Assembly (NCBI RefSeq): GCF_000143415.4 | Contig: NW_003314413.1 | Location: 205,210 to 269,209, forward strand | Direction of reading: 5' to 3' | DNA length: 64,000 nucleotides | From: Selaginella moellendorffii | Lineage: Eukaryota; Plantae; Lycopodiophyta | Part shown: positions 25,600 through 38,845 of the stretch, in pieces | Numbering within the stretch: the stretch's first letter is position 1 | Layout: every line of letters begins with the position of its first letter | Notes under the pieces: model-generated | Database searches by the model: none | Seen by the model: only the letters and a program-made list of their open reading frames with translations | What the model was told of the DNA's origin: nothing | Made by a program: the position numbers and the translations under genes

Positions 25600-26420
25600 T
25601 AATCTAGTGTTTTTATTTAAAGCCTTTTGCTTTGTGTTGAGTTAAATATGTCAAACTAGATCAAGTTAGGCATGTTATGGTCAAAATTTTATAGGGTTTA
25701 TGCATACACTTACTCTAATAACTTTTAGCAATGCTCAATATTAGCTACTGCAACACTATAAAATATCACTTCACCCATTTATAGCTGGATATTCTCTAGC
25801 TCTATTTCTCATAAAGGATAATCTTGCTCTAATGGAAGTTGATGTTTTTACTACTATTATTCAAGGACTATAATTAGGATATAGTTGTGCTTGTGGAGTT
25901 CACTATTGGGTGCAAGACAAGCTTGGCCACACATATCATCAATGTTTATGTGTTCAAGGATAAGGATGAAGATGTGGGTATGGTTGTTGTGTTCACTATT
26001 GAGTGTAAAATGAGTTTAACCACACATGTCATCAATGTTTCTTGAATTGACATTCATCATTTCCTAGGTGGAACAACATCCTATTAATGTTGTTGTTATG
26101 AAATGACTTGACAAAAAAGTTCTTTAGAGAAATATGAAATTAAATGAGCAATGGAAAGTCTTTGTGCAAATAAGTCAATAACCCACCATCAAAGGGTATA
26201 TGTGGTACTAGTTCACCCATTTATCTTTTATTGTTTAGCATATTACTATATGTTATTGTTTGCATTTACATCATGCAGTAAAACTAATTTTTATTCTCTA
26301 TAGTAAAAACTGTATATATGCATATGCATGGAACAAATAAACATAATTATGCATATGGGTGATTACAAGTTTGAGCTTCAATCATTGTAAGTGGTTCTTA
26401 ATCAAGTTTTTGATTTTATT
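25600..26420 (+). mobile_element. Older, more decayed copy of the same gag/protease region
   Basis: Colinear similarity to 23700-24530 (e.g. gagttaaatatgtcaaactagatcaagttag vs gagtcaaatatgttagagtggatcaagttag). Confidence 0.6.
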
Positions 26421-27017
26421 GGTGTTTAATCAAGCTTCAATACAAATGCACTTATAACAAATATAATTGCGAATATTAAAAGTTACTTGTTAGCAAATCC
26501 TTTTAAATATTCTTCTTTTATTACCATGATAGTAAGAAGTTGGTATTATTGGCTCCCTTTATCAACCCCTCTTATTCAAATGTTAACAAACTAGGCTTAA
26601 CATTTGTACTTAGCCAAATAAATATAAAATAGGAACTCCTATGTGTTTTTTGGCTTGGCCTAGCTTTTAATTCTTTTTTGCTATGTCTTGTACTAGCTTG
26701 ATAAGAACCATTATATATTAAATATTATTCCCTAAATATCACTATATGATAACTTATTATATCCAATAACCACCCTCACTAACATACTCTATACTTCTTC
26801 AGTTTTATTAGCTATTTATGGATAGTATCTAGATATGCTAGTGAGGTATATTTGCAAAATGTAAAAATTATCCTGAACACAATATTGTTATTCTTGTGTC
26901 TAAATTCGCAATCTAATGTCATTACATATTTAATAAGTTTTTGTGATTGTTCGTCCCGTGTCCAAATTTGCAATCTAGGGACATTCCATATTTAGTAAGT
27001 TTCAAGTTTATCCCAAA

Positions 27018-27414
27018 GATTAACTCCTAATGCTAAGGGTGGCTAAGGGTGAAAGCCCAAAGCATGTGTTCCTTAAAGAGGGGTTGCAAATGTATAGTAG
27101 GGATAGTAAGTAGGTTTGATATGGCTAACCAACCTAAGATGTAATTTAGCTTCTGTTTGCATGCCTGTCTTTGTTTTGCGTCTGGCTTGAGTTTAAGCCC
27201 AAGTTTCATACCATGCTAGTGTAAGCAACCAAAGGGAACGACTCGAGAGACGATCCGTTGGGGTTCAAATATAGAGGGAAAGGGCCCATGAACAAGAGTG
27301 CACCCCCTTTTCCAATCGGTTAAGGGTCTTGGGATATTTGGAGTTAAGCGTCCTTGGGTTTGAATAGTACTGGGCTGGGTGACCTCCCGGGAAGTCCAAA
27401 CTCAGGAGCTTACA
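27018..27414 (+). mobile_element. 5'-truncated solo-LTR-like fragment carrying a 5S rRNA-derived segment (Cassandra-like)
   Basis: Has GGGTGAAAGCCCAAAG (27047) and TATAGTAGGGATAGT (about 27093) as in the other LTRs of this window, and ends GCTTACA (27408-27414) like them. Confidence 0.7.
27342..27397 (+). pseudogene. 5S rRNA internal control region fragment (A box, IE, C box); not a full 5S gene
   Basis: AGTTAAGCGTCCTTGGGTTTGAATAGTACTGGGCTGGGTGACCTCCCGGGAAGTCC aligns without gaps to the 3' half of plant 5S rRNA as I recall it; the 5' half (GGATGC..CATACC) and the 3' terminus are absent. Confidence 0.88.
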
Positions 27415-28794
27415 GCTAGTTGATGGAGTACCCGTATCCTTGTGTTAGGCCATTGATATGCTGAAATAGTGTCAAACTCCATTTAACTCCATTTTACATA
27501 CTGGTCTTGACATTGGGATGCTAGATGCTCTAGGATTGTTTTACGTCACTTTGTGTTCCTATCTCTTCACTCCTTGGGCTGTATGCTTGGGAGTTATTCT
27601 GTGCTTCAATGCCATCATTCCTTGGCTTCATGCTTAGGAGTTTAGCTCCGCTCCCTCATTCATTGGCTTAAGGCTTTGAAACTTGGGTTCTATTCTGCTA
27701 TCCTTTGGATACGTTGCATGTGGCATGTGGCATATGACATATAGCACATAGAGGGTTTAAGTTCCACTTCTATAGTAAATCACCATAAGATAAGGTAGAA
27801 ACCATGTGCATTACAACTGCCCTTAGCCCACGTGTCCAAGGGTTATATGTCACTTCAATTATCCTATAGTAAATCAGTATAGAATAAAGGGTGAAAACCA
27901 TATGCACATCTTTATACAACTTAAATTCTTGGTATCATCTATTGTCAAATCCTTTAAATCCATCAAATATATAGTTACTAACTCAATCACACCTTTCTTT
28001 CCATCTAGCAAAAATATGAACTAGCTTTGATCACAGAGTGCAATTCATAAATTCTGTAAAAATCATATCCAATTTTCATCATTCTCCACACCAACTTTGG
28101 TTGTTTGTTGACAACCACCAAAGTTGATGCTAAAGGAGCATTATATCCTTTAATATTTTGGTTAATACCCTTTGGGATACATTCCATCCAACATAACCAA
28201 AAGTCTATAATACTAAAAACTATATAGAGATATCCTTTTGTAAGGAAGTGTAATTGCCAAAATTACTTATGATGAGTTTTTGGTAGTAAGCTGTAAGTGT
28301 AGTATATGATCACTATGAATCTTTCAAGTAAGTTTTCTTTCCCTTGCCATATTATGCTTTTAGTTTTAATACTAAACTCTTTTATTAAATTTTGTTGAAT
28401 TCTATTGATAATTCAAGTGGAAGAAGCATCTTTATTCTCTAAATGCATGGCTTTACTATATTTATGATTTTTCATGAATATTTTGATAGAGCAAGTTGGC
28501 TCTTTCTCCAATATTAAAGTATAAAGCCTATATAAACAATTTTTATTTTTATAACATCTTTTATTATCCATTGCAATTACAAAGAGGTCAAAGAATTTAT
28601 CAATAGTCTTTTTCTTCACTACCTTTCAAATTTCTTTCATTGGGTCAAAATAGTGTAATTGTTATCACCCATAAAACCCCAAATCTGCCCTAATCCAAAA
28701 ATATTTGAGAGCATTCTATTTGAAAGTTGCTAGGAGCTTTTTTATAAACAACTAAAACTTCATAAGGGGTCTTTTTGGTTTGCTTCTGTAGGGG

Positions 28795-29022
28795 AATATA
28801 CCTAGAATAATTTTGGATATTCTAGGATATTATACCCATTATTCTTTTAGATTAATCTTGTATTTATAATTTATAAAGATATTTATAATTTAAAAACTTT
28901 CTTAAATACTTACTAGTATATTCTAATTTATTCTAACATCTAATGGTTGAAATTCAATAAGATTAATCTTGTGTTTATAAATTATAAACATGTTTATAAT
29001 TATAAACTTACATTTGATCAAT
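28795..29022 (+). repeat. AT-rich dispersed repeat, copy 2
   Basis: Same-orientation match to 19515-19695. Confidence 0.7.
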
Positions 29023-30434
29023 TGTAGTCTTATAGCTAACTACTGCAAAAAAATCATCATAGAGTTCAATGCTGCAAAAACCTGGTGGTAGATTTGTACA
29101 GTGATGCCAGTTTCAGATTAAAAACCTTTATATGTGAATGTAGAACAAATGCTACATTGATCCAAGGCTCTACTTTCCAATTGTCGGCAGGCATGAGACA
29201 CTCTGTTCGCTGGTGTATGGTGCTGTTTTGGTCTAATGAATCTGTCCCTTATATGATCTTGACTGGAATTTTTCCAACTAGAATCCATCATTCATCCAGC
29301 AATGGCTGAATCTTTTCTATGGATTCCAACAACTGGTAATCTTTCACATGAAATGCTACCTTCTATGCATCAAGAACCATCTTCCATGTTTAACTCCTTG
29401 GCAAAGACATCAACTTCAGCAGCACAGATAATCTCATCTTTAAACTTATGATGTATGGGTTTCAGCCTCTCAAAAGCTTCACAGTGAGCATGGTCAAGGC
29501 TGATCCAGTCTTGTCCAGGCAAGGTCTTGGAGGCCGCAATTCTTGCTTAAATTCAATCGTATTCTTGAGTTCCCTGTCCTTGTGAACCACCATGTAAATT
29601 ATGGCATGCCAGATTGGTCCCCTCTCATCGTCATCAAGGACGAAATTGGGGTCCCATTAGGCCCTCTCTATGAACTCTTCATTATTAATCCTAGCTAAGA
29701 GATGAAGACGACAGACATTTTAGGGCCTGTCAAAGTTGGTGGAAGGTCTGTGCGATGGAATGGTTTTCCTACGAGAAAGTCTATAGGCAGCTTCCTGTAT
29801 TTTAATTTTTTTTTCTTCAAACAGGTAACTTTGACGCCGCTGGGATTAAAAATTCAGTTGGTCGCCTGGGGTCAACATTTGTGATCGTGTGATGAGCAGT
29901 GTTGGGTCAACTGTCGTGCTCAAGAATAACTACAGTAAAAAAAACGAACGACTAGGACTATGGATTACGCGGCACTACATTTCTTCCTTCGTGGACGACA
30001 TAGAAGTTTCGATGGGCTAAAGAGTGAGAGAGCAGTAAAGTTTGGCGTGCGCCCAAATTTCTTCCGAGAAGGCTGCGGAGAAAATGTACTCCATCTTCGG
30101 AGCTAGAAAAAGATCACGCGATCATGAGGCAAGCCCTACAAGGAATTCGTCGCCGCTGTTCCAGAGAGATTGACGATTCCAGCCAACCAGCAGTAGCACG
30201 ACTCCTCCTATAGCATCGTCATCACGGATGATCGCAGCGAATCGTTGTGGGTCTGATTCTCTTTCGAAGCATCGATCCATCGTTTCGACCAATTGGGATC
30301 GGTGCTCTTGGATCGTTTCAATCGATTGCTTAGTGCCGTGTCGACGGGCACACTTAACAGCCGACAAGAACAGAGCAGTCAGTGCTCTTCCTCTTTCGGG
30401 TATTGGTGCGAGAAGTTCCAATCCATCGTCATCA

Positions 30435-31694
30435 ATGGAAAACAGATCTCACCTCCACACCCACCAATTCCAATCGCCCATCAAGCACCAATTCCACCAG
30501 TCGATGACCACCATCGCCACGTTCGCGCTACTGCTGCTGATAGGAGGAGCAATTCTCTCGCCCGCGGAGGGATTCTCCGATTTCCACAACGCAACGTCGC
30601 CATTCCTTCCCAGCCCGGGCCCGGAGCCACCACGATTCGACTCCAATTGGCAGGGATTCGGCTCCCCCTGGGACGATTTCCGGTCGCTGCTCGACGCGCA
30701 CAAGGGGCAGATCAAGAGGTGCGAGAAGCTGCCACAGCTCAAGCGCTACCTCCAGGAATTCGGCTACACGAGCTGGGAGGAATTCACGCCCGACTTTGAC
30801 AACCAGACCGAGGCCGCGATCAAGCTCTATCAATCCAACTTCGGCCTCAACGCCACCGGGACCCTGGATGAGCGCACCATCACGCAGATGATGAAGCCGC
30901 GCTGTGGCGCCGCCGACGTCGTGGATGGCATCTCCGCCATGGCCAGGAGGAGATCCAATTCGTCGAGCAGCCGCTTCCTGGACGGAGCCCGAGGTACAGT
31001 CCGAGGAGGCCGAGGTCCCGGGCTCGGTGTCCGCCACTACTCGTTCTTCCCAAACAGCCCAAAGTGGGAGTCGCGGCAGCTCCTCACGTACGCGATCGAT
31101 GCCTCCGCGCCCGCCGTGACGGGCATCGCCGCCGCGGATCTAAGCGCGCTCTTCGCGGACGCGTTCGCCAGCTGGGCCGCCGTGGTGCCCATCAACTTCA
31201 CCGAGATCCCCAGCTTCGCGCTGGCGGACATCCGGATCATCTTTGCGCACGGCGAGCACGGCGATGGCCGGCCATTTGACGGGATCCTGGGCGTCCTTGG
31301 GCACGGCTTCTCGCCCGAGGATGGGAGGCTCCACTTCGACGCCGCCGAGACGTGGGCGCTGGACGTGTCGAGCTCCTCGTCCAGAAGCGCGGTGGATCTC
31401 AAATCCGTGGCGATACACGAGATCGGCCACATCCTCGGTCTCGGCCACTCGGCCCTGGAGAGCGCAGTGATGTATCCCAACATCGGTGCTAGGGAGGTGA
31501 AGCTCGAGCTCCACAGCGACGACATCGAGGGCGCCCAGATGCTCTATGGCGCAAACCCTAACTACGATCCCAATGCCAGGACCGAGACGAGGAGCCAGCC
31601 AGAGAATGGGATCCCTTCCAGCGCGGCATTCCCATCACAGCATCGCTCCATCCTCTTCACCATCGCGATCGCTTTGTTCGTCTTCCTGGGTTAG
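30435..31694 (+). CDS. MMP: Intronless matrix metalloproteinase (M10A matrixin); alternative start 30504
   Basis: Signal peptide, PG-binding prodomain (LKRYLQEFGY..AIKLYQSNFGLNATGTLD), cysteine switch PRCGAAD, HGDGRPFDG, zinc motif HEIGHILGLGH, Met-turn AVMYP, hydrophobic C-terminus (GPI or TM). Confidence 0.96.
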   Translation: MENRSHLHTHQFQSPIKHQFHQSMTTIATFALLLLIGGAILSPAEGFSDFHNATSPFLPSPGPEPPRFDSNWQGFGSPWDDFRSLLDAHKGQIKRCEKLPQLKRYLQEFGYTSWEEFTPDFDNQTEAAIKLYQSNFGLNATGTLDERTITQMMKPRCGAADVVDGISAMARRRSNSSSSRFLDGARGTVRGGRGPGLGVRHYSFFPNSPKWESRQLLTYAIDASAPAVTGIAAADLSALFADAFASWAAVVPINFTEIPSFALADIRIIFAHGEHGDGRPFDGILGVLGHGFSPEDGRLHFDAAETWALDVSSSSSRSAVDLKSVAIHEIGHILGLGHSALESAVMYPNIGAREVKLELHSDDIEGAQMLYGANPNYDPNARTETRSQPENGIPSSAAFPSQHRSILFTIAIALFVFLG

Positions 31695-31775
31695 GACTTT
31701 TTGTGTTACCCGCCATTCATCATTTTTTGGGTGTAAATATATAAGCATATTCTTTCGACTATCGAGCACATTCTA

Positions 31776-31850
31776 GTTTAGGGTTCATGGAAACTACTGA
31801 GATCTCGGCCGTTGGTTGCCTGGACGACATCCGTGAAGCCTAGGGTTCTT
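31776..31850. promoter_or_regulatory. Telo-box-like motifs (TTTAGGGTT, CTAGGGTT) upstream of fibrillarin
   Basis: gtttagggttc at about 31777 and cctagggttc at about 31839; telo-boxes are typical of plant ribosome-biogenesis promoters. Confidence 0.5.
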
Positions 31851-31919
31851 CGATTTGGAAGAAGGGTTTTGGGCGGGCTTTGGCGGCTCGGGTGTGCGCA
31901 GTCGCGGGCAGGGGACGAG

Positions 31920-33165
31920 ATGAGGCCGCCAATGCGTGGAAGAGGAGGTAAGATCGATCACTAGAGCGCTGGTGCGTCGAGAATCCTCGCGCATTGATTG
32001 ATTCGTCTTGCCAGGGGGCGGGCGCGGCGGGCGCGACGGTGGCGGCAGGGGCCGCGGGCGAGGACGTGGTGGGGGCCGTGATGGCGGAGGCCGAAGCGGA
32101 GGCCGAGGCTTCGGGAGAGGAGGTGGACGGGGCGGGCGTGGCGGTGGCATGAAGGGGGGTGCCAAGGTGTCTTTGGAACCACACCGTCACGAGGGCATCT
32201 TTATTGCGAAAGCGAAAGACGATGCTTTGGTTACCAGAAACCTTGTACCCGGTGAAAGCGTCTACGGCGAGAAAAGGATCACTGTTGAGGTGGAGTGCTC
32301 ACTCACTGCAGCATCCTTTATTTTTCTCTCTTGACAAGGAACTGACTCCTCAACTAACTGGTGCTCGGATGTGAAAACAGGCCGATGGAGAGAAAGTGGA
32401 GTATCGGGTTTGGAATCCCTTTCGGTCCAAACTTGCGGCTGCGGTTCTTGGTGGCGTCGATAACATCTGGATTGTAAGTTTGTACGCTTCTGGAAGTTGC
32501 TGGATGTTTCTGCTAAATTTTTTCCTGTCTGAAGAAACCTGGCTCTCGCGTTTTGTATCTTGGAGCCGCTTCAGGGACCACTGTTTCTCATGTCTCTGAT
32601 GTGATCGGCCCTGTAAGTTCGAGTGATATGATGGCGATCGTTTTGTTTTTCTAACAGGGAGTGGTTTCTTGGCAGACTGGAATCGTCTACGCTGTGGAGT
32701 TTTCTCACAGGTGTGGACGTGATCTCGTGAACATGGCAAAGAAGCGGACAAACGTTATTCCCATCATCGAGGACGCTCGCCATCCTGCTCGTTACAGGAT
32801 GCTTGTGGGTATGGTGGATGTTATCTTTGCCGACGTTGCGCAGCCTGACCAGGCGCGTATCATAGCACTTAACGCTCACTCCTTTCTGAAAGCTGATGGC
32901 AAGTTCGTCATGTCTATCAAGGTGAGACGAGAGATTTGATTTGATTCACGGGCCTGATGAGATTTTGTGTCTTTGCTACTAGGCAAACTGTATCGATTCC
33001 ACTGCTCCCCCAGAGGCAGTGTTCGCCCAGGAGGTGGCGAAGCTCCAGCAGGAGAAGTTCAAGCCTTATGAGCAAGTGACTTTGGAACCATTCGAGAGGG
33101 ATCACGCGTGCGTTGTGGGAGCGTACCGGGCGTCCAAAAAGCCCAAGGCGCCGTCCGCGGCCTAA
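31920..33165 (+). CDS. FIB: Fibrillarin (box C/D snoRNP rRNA 2'-O-methyltransferase), 6 exons
   Basis: MRPP + GAR domain, [89 protein letters not shown]; TAA at 33163-33165. Confidence 0.97.
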
Positions 33166-33429
33166 GGTTGGCAATGCTTTTTTATGGAAGGTATGGCTTT
33201 TAAAAACGGGGGTCCAATTCAGTTTTGTTGAGCAAGTCCATGGATTTCAGAGCACGTCGAGTCCTGCTTGGATCTTTATTCTGTAAAAATTGGTTTAGCT
33301 CAGCAATTTTGGTTGGGCATATGCGGTCGGCATTGCACTGAAGGATTCGAAGGGGCATATCGTTTCAAACACCTTCCTTGATGCACCAAGTTCTTGTCTG
33401 GCATTAAGATTCCCTTCCATGGAATGTGA

Positions 33430-34070
33430 TGTTAGGTTTTGTCGAGGATTTCGTCCTGGGAATATCCCGTGGCTATGCATACGGCATCTTCGTATGGAAG
33501 AGAATCAAGGAGGCATGTAGCAGTGTTGTTACGGAGACAAGATCGTGCTGTGGCATCTGATCGAGGAAGAAGAGCTCCGACTCTTTCAGGAGACCGCAGT
33601 GGACGTAGGCAAAGAGGATTGCCGTGCAAGTCGAGATCCCTTTCACAGGCATGGCAGGGAAGAGCTCCAGATGCCCATGACGGGAGAATGCTGCAATGGC
33701 GCAAGTGCACATCGTGCTCCGGCATATCGTTAAAAGTGATTTGTACATCCGCGAACTGCAATAACGCCCCCAGCATCAGACCAAGTTGTGAGAAATACTA
33801 CCTTGGTAGAATCAACATGCCCATTTTCGGTAAATGCAAACAGCACCGTATTTATAGTTCTCTGGCATCAAGTCTGTAACAAATTGTATATCTTGAGGCT
33901 GCAAAAATTATAGAAGTACATGACACAAGGCTCCAGTACAGCATGCAGCTCAAGAGCCTTTGCGCTTCATCAAAATGCCAGGCAACTAACAAAAGATCCC
34001 AGGTGAAGTTGTCCCTTTTGGCCATACCATGGTAGATTTCAGCTGCGTGTTTGATGTTACCACATCTATG
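33430..34070 (-). pseudogene. Fragmented PLS-class PPR pseudogene
   Basis: FNDMPEHDV, FSRHGHLE, LDQMPQHDLVS..TLL pieces scattered over different frames. Confidence 0.6.
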
Positions 34071-34919
34071 TGCATTTCAATTTGCTTGTTCTTAAGCATT
34101 ATTTTTTTTAAATTGTGTTTTTAATGTAAATCAAAAAACATTTAATAAGTTATAGAAATTTTTTCAATAAAGTAATATATTATTATCACTTATATAAATA
34201 TAACTAGCTAAATAATAGATTGATAATGATTGTGAACTATAACATAATATAAACCTCATAAGTCTGCATAATTTCATATAACATTATTTTGAATAAAAGA
34301 ATTAAAATTTAAATAATAAAAAAATTACTTATAATTATATTTTTTAATATAGTGATTATAATTACAGTTTCCTTTAAAGCTTGAAAGATTTAATATTTTA
34401 AATCATCATTAATATGACAATAATTAATTTTATTAGGCTTTTTACTTTTCTATTAATTACTCAATACAAAGAGAAATCTAGTGGAAAGAATATAACAAAA
34501 ATCTCATAATAAAAAATTTAAGAGGTTTAATTTTTCATTTAATATATTATAATTGTGAGTGCATGAAATATAGAAAGGGAATACATAAAATGTGCATATC
34601 AATTAGCCTAAAAACTTTAGTTTATATATAGGAGCGAGTGGTCCGGATTGAAATCAATCCAACGGCTACTAAAATCCCACTACACTAATATTAATATACG
34701 GCATCATAACCATACATTTGGCCCTCACATCATCCCCTCCTCTTAGAATAATGGAAGACCATCAGAGTTCTTTTGTAGACAGGCCAGGATTTGAAGGAAT
34801 GTCAGAAGGAGGCATTGGCAGATCTATAGGTGGTATTAACTGCTCCTGATCCCTTTGTATGAAATGTTTCAACCACTACACATGCACAATTTCTAGAGGA
34901 TCAACCTGCTAGATGTTAT

Positions 34920-37900
34920 TGTAAGCCACAAATTTTTCCTTTCCAATTTTCTAGCTTACCTCGTCTATCCGTTCAACATTGCCTTGGCTTTTGCTAAGTT
35001 CCCTCACCAAGGTTCCCACCTATGGTACCAGCTCCTACTTGGTCCTACTTGGTTTCGCTACTCACTGCACGAGCAACGGAGTGTTAGCCATCCATCCACG
35101 GATTCCCAAATCTCTCTCAATCCCCCTCCCCAGGTTAGACTAGACTTAAGGTTCGGCTACACTCCCCACAAGCACAAGTAGCCAAGCACACCAAGCTTCC
35201 AAATTCCTCACATCCCTTGGTACCAAAAGACTTGATCATGGGACCCTCTAAATCCCAAGTCTTGGATGCAACACTTGCTTCAGGATGTCGAGGCGAAACA
35301 CCGTGGCCTAACAGCCTGGTATGGGTACCTCTACCCCCCCACTTCCATCCCGAAGGGAAGGTCCAAGCCCCTAGGAAGAGCGAGGACCAATGAGCCGCAT
35401 GGTACTCAAGTGGGGCACCACTCCACATGAGCCGGGAGCACCACAGTCGGTTTCCCTTTCGGGAGTGGGAGCTGCTCTTGAGCACTTCCTTGGATGGCCC
35501 TTCGGCACCAACCAAGTCCATGCTTACTCCCACCCAAGGCCCCCCAGTCCCAATCCCAACCTCAAGTCAGTTTGGAAGCCCCATTGGAGAGTTCCTTCAA
35601 AACTAGTTTCTAGACCTCACTATCCCTACTATACTTTTGGAACCCCCTGCACCCCTCCCCCCCCCCCCCCCTGGGAAAAGCACGCTTTGGGCTTTCACCC
35701 CTTGACCCGTATTAGTACTCGGACTTAGTCTCTAGCTCGATCTCGGACTCGATCTCGGATCCAACTTCGGATTCGATCTCGGACTCGATCTTGGACTCGA
35801 CCTCGGACCCGATCTCAGACCTGACCCCGGACTCGACCCCGGACTCAGTCTCGGACCCGATTTCGGATCTCGGACTCCGTCTCAAACTCGGTCTTGAACT
35901 CGGTCTTGAACTTGGTCTCCGAGTTGGCCTCGGACTCGATTCCAGACTCTATCTCGAACTCGGTTTGAGAGTTGGTCTTGGACTCGATTTCATGCCAAGA
36001 GCCCATGACAACGGAATATAGGTGTCCCTATACTCCTCAACTCACCACGCCTTAGTATGGGGTCGGGACTTGAACCCAGCCTTGCTTTATTAGGGGCTTG
36101 GGACTTGAACCCAACCTCCGTAGAATACATCTACGGATTCGACATCCCCGCAAGGAGTCGGGTGTAGTTCCCTATGTCTGGTCGACCTAGCTAACCCATG
36201 CTAATTAGCTTACCTTCAGCGCACTTTCGGGTCCCAACATATGCTATTGCTCAACTTCTCAAATTGATACTTTTAATTGAACTTTGCATAAGTACATAGA
36301 GTTTTACCTTGCAGAAATTCCTCCACTAGATCTCGTGCGTTCGCTAGGTTCTCCTTCGGTTCCCATGTTGCTTCGCAGTGTGGAAATCCATTCCACTTCA
36401 CATGGAACTCTCTCACATCGCGTCCTTGTCGCTTGCTTTTGCGCGCACTGATGATGGCCTCGACTTTGTATTCCTCTTCCCCTTGGATAATCTCAGGTAA
36501 AGGTCTTACTTGGTCCTTGCGAAGTGGATCCTCAAAATACGGCTTGAGTAAGTTCATGTGGAACACGGGGTGCATCTTCCCCATCTCTCGAGGAAGTCGG
36601 AGATGGTAAGCCACTTTACCGATTCGAGCCTCAATCTCGTAAGGCCCCGCGAACCTGCTTAAGGAACTCAAGATCAATTCATTTACAGGAATACATGCAT
36701 TTTTACCTTTGGGTCAACTTCCGGCTGATCCCACTTGGTAGCCTGAGGTTCTTGGTGTTCAGCCACACCTTCTCCCCAGCTTGGAACTCTACATCCCAGC
36801 GCTTCTGGTTCGCGTACTTAGTTTGCCTTTGTTAAGCTTGTTCTAAGGAATCCCTCACTAAATTCCAAATGTTGAGTCTTTCCACCGTGAATGCCTCCAC
36901 TGCGGGTAACTCTCCATGATACTCGGCCACGCCGAGTTCCACAGGACCTTCAATAGCTCGCCCATTGATGACTTCCCATGGACTCACCCCGATGCTCGAA
37001 TGTGGTGAGTTGTTATAACACATTTCCACAAGTCCCAAATGACTTACCCAATCAGTCTGGTTTCCCGAGACATAGCATCGCAAATAATCCTCCAACTACC
37101 TATTCACCCTTTTCATTTGTCCGTCCGTCAAGAAGTGTTAGTGCTATCAATCTTGACTTAATACCCATTACCTGTCTGCAGGTGATAGGCTGTGCTGAAT
37201 TTCAACTTGGTGTGATACTGTTCTAGAAGTGTCCTCCAGAACCTACTGGTGAAGATCTTATCTCGATCTGAGATAATCTCTTCCGGCCTTCCCCGCACTC
37301 GAACCACTTGTTTGAAGAACAGCTTCGCCACACCTTCCGCATCCACTTCCGTTGTGGTGGGTATGAAATGTGCCATCTTTGAAAATCGATCCACCACCAT
37401 GAATATCACATCGAACCCTTCGCTTGGGGGAAGTCCCGTGATGAAGTCCATCATAAGACTTTTCCACAGACGATTTGGAATTAGGATGCTTTGTAACAAG
37501 CCCCCACTAACCTTAGTCACGACTTTGACCTACTGACATGTTGGACATGTCTTTACATAGTCTTGGATATCCTTAGCCATATCTAGCCAGTGGTACTTCC
37601 TCTTGAGTAAGCCCATTGTCTTGGGCACTCTGCCGTGTCCCGCAAAAGGTCTGTCATGACACTTTTCTAAGGCTACCTTCCTTAGTTCCCTTTTTGGAAC
37701 ATACACACTCGTTTGCTTGTAATATATGAGTCCGTTGTGTTCCGCATAGCCCATTTTTTCTTCCATTGGCAGCTCACCTCTCTGGTGAGCTTCCCGTGCC
37801 TCCAGATTCCTCAGCAACACTTCTTGTGCTAGACCATCATTTTCATATGCGGTCCGCACATCATCCCAAAAGGTTGTTGTCGCGCTAGATATTGCCAACT

Positions 37901-38745
37901 TCAAGCTCGCTTTTCGACTTAGCACATCTGCCACGATGTTGCTCTTCCCAGGCTTGTACAGAATCTCACAATCAAACTCGGCCAAAGCATTGGCCCACCG
38001 ACCTTATTTTCCCCTCAGGTCGGGCTATGACAAGAAGTGTTTCATTGCCACATTGTCCGTGTAAACCTTGAAGTGTCTCCCAAGGTAGTGTTGCCACTCC
38101 TTGAGCACTTTGACCACCGCAAACAATTCCTTCTCATGGGCAGGCCACTTCTGTTGAGCCTTGTCCAACTTCTTCGAGAAGAACGCTATTGAATGGTTGT
38201 CTTGCTTCAAAACTGCGCCCAACGCAAAGTCTAAAGCATCTGTTTCTACCTCAAAGTCCTTACCAAAGTCTGGTAACGCCAACACGGGAGCCTTCCTCAA
38301 CTTCCCCTTAAGGTGGACAAATGTCGCCTCGCATTCCACTGTCCATACCATCTTCTTTTTTCTCGTTTGGTCCGTTAAGGGTAGGGCTACTCTCGAATAG
38401 TGTTTGATAAACTTTCGATAGTAGTTGCATAACCCCAAGAATGCCCTTAACTCGTGTACATTTGATGGTCGCTCCCAATCCTGGATCGCTTGGACCTTCT
38501 CAGGGTCCACCTTGAGCCTGTCCTTGCCCACCACATGCCCGAGAAACTTTACCTTTTGTTGAGCGAAGTCACATTTGCTCTCTTTAGCATACAACTGGTG
38601 TTCCCTTAGTTTCTCAAACACCTTCGTCAAGTGTTTGGCATGCTCCTCTAGTGTTTCGCTATAGATTAGGATGTCGTTAATATAGACGACCACAAAGTGA
38701 TTCAGATAGGGTACAAAGATATGGTTCATCATCGCCGAAAACGTT
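34920..38745 (-). mobile_element. Chromovirus copy A: RT-RH-INT-chromodomain, 3' UTR and partial 3' LTR (34920 to about 35990)
   Basis: VVVYINDILIY, ETDALDFALGAVL, GH..CPTCQ zinc finger, MDFITGLP..VVDRFSKMAHF, GPY, chromodomain YKVEAII..FHVKWNGFPHCEATWEP; several stops and frameshifts. Confidence 0.93.
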
Positions 38746-38845
38746 NNNNNNNNNNNNNNNNNNNNNNNNNNNNNNNNNNNNNNNNNNNNNNNNNNNNNNN
38801 NNNNNNNNNNNNNNNNNNNNNNNNNNNNNNNNNNNNNNNNNNNNN
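38746..38845. other. Assembly gap (100 N)
   Basis: Read directly. Confidence 1.

Noticed and set aside
27342-27397. Functional 5S rRNA gene
   Set aside because: Only the internal ~56 nt are present; no 5' half, 3' end, oligo-T terminator or array.
27900-29700. Possible transposase remnants
   Set aside because: Short broken ORFs with no motif I can assign.
32922-32981. Intronic box C/D snoRNA in fibrillarin (as in Arabidopsis fibrillarin genes)
   Set aside because: The intron is about 60 nt, with a CTGA but no properly placed RTGATGA C box; the other introns also lack a C/D pair.
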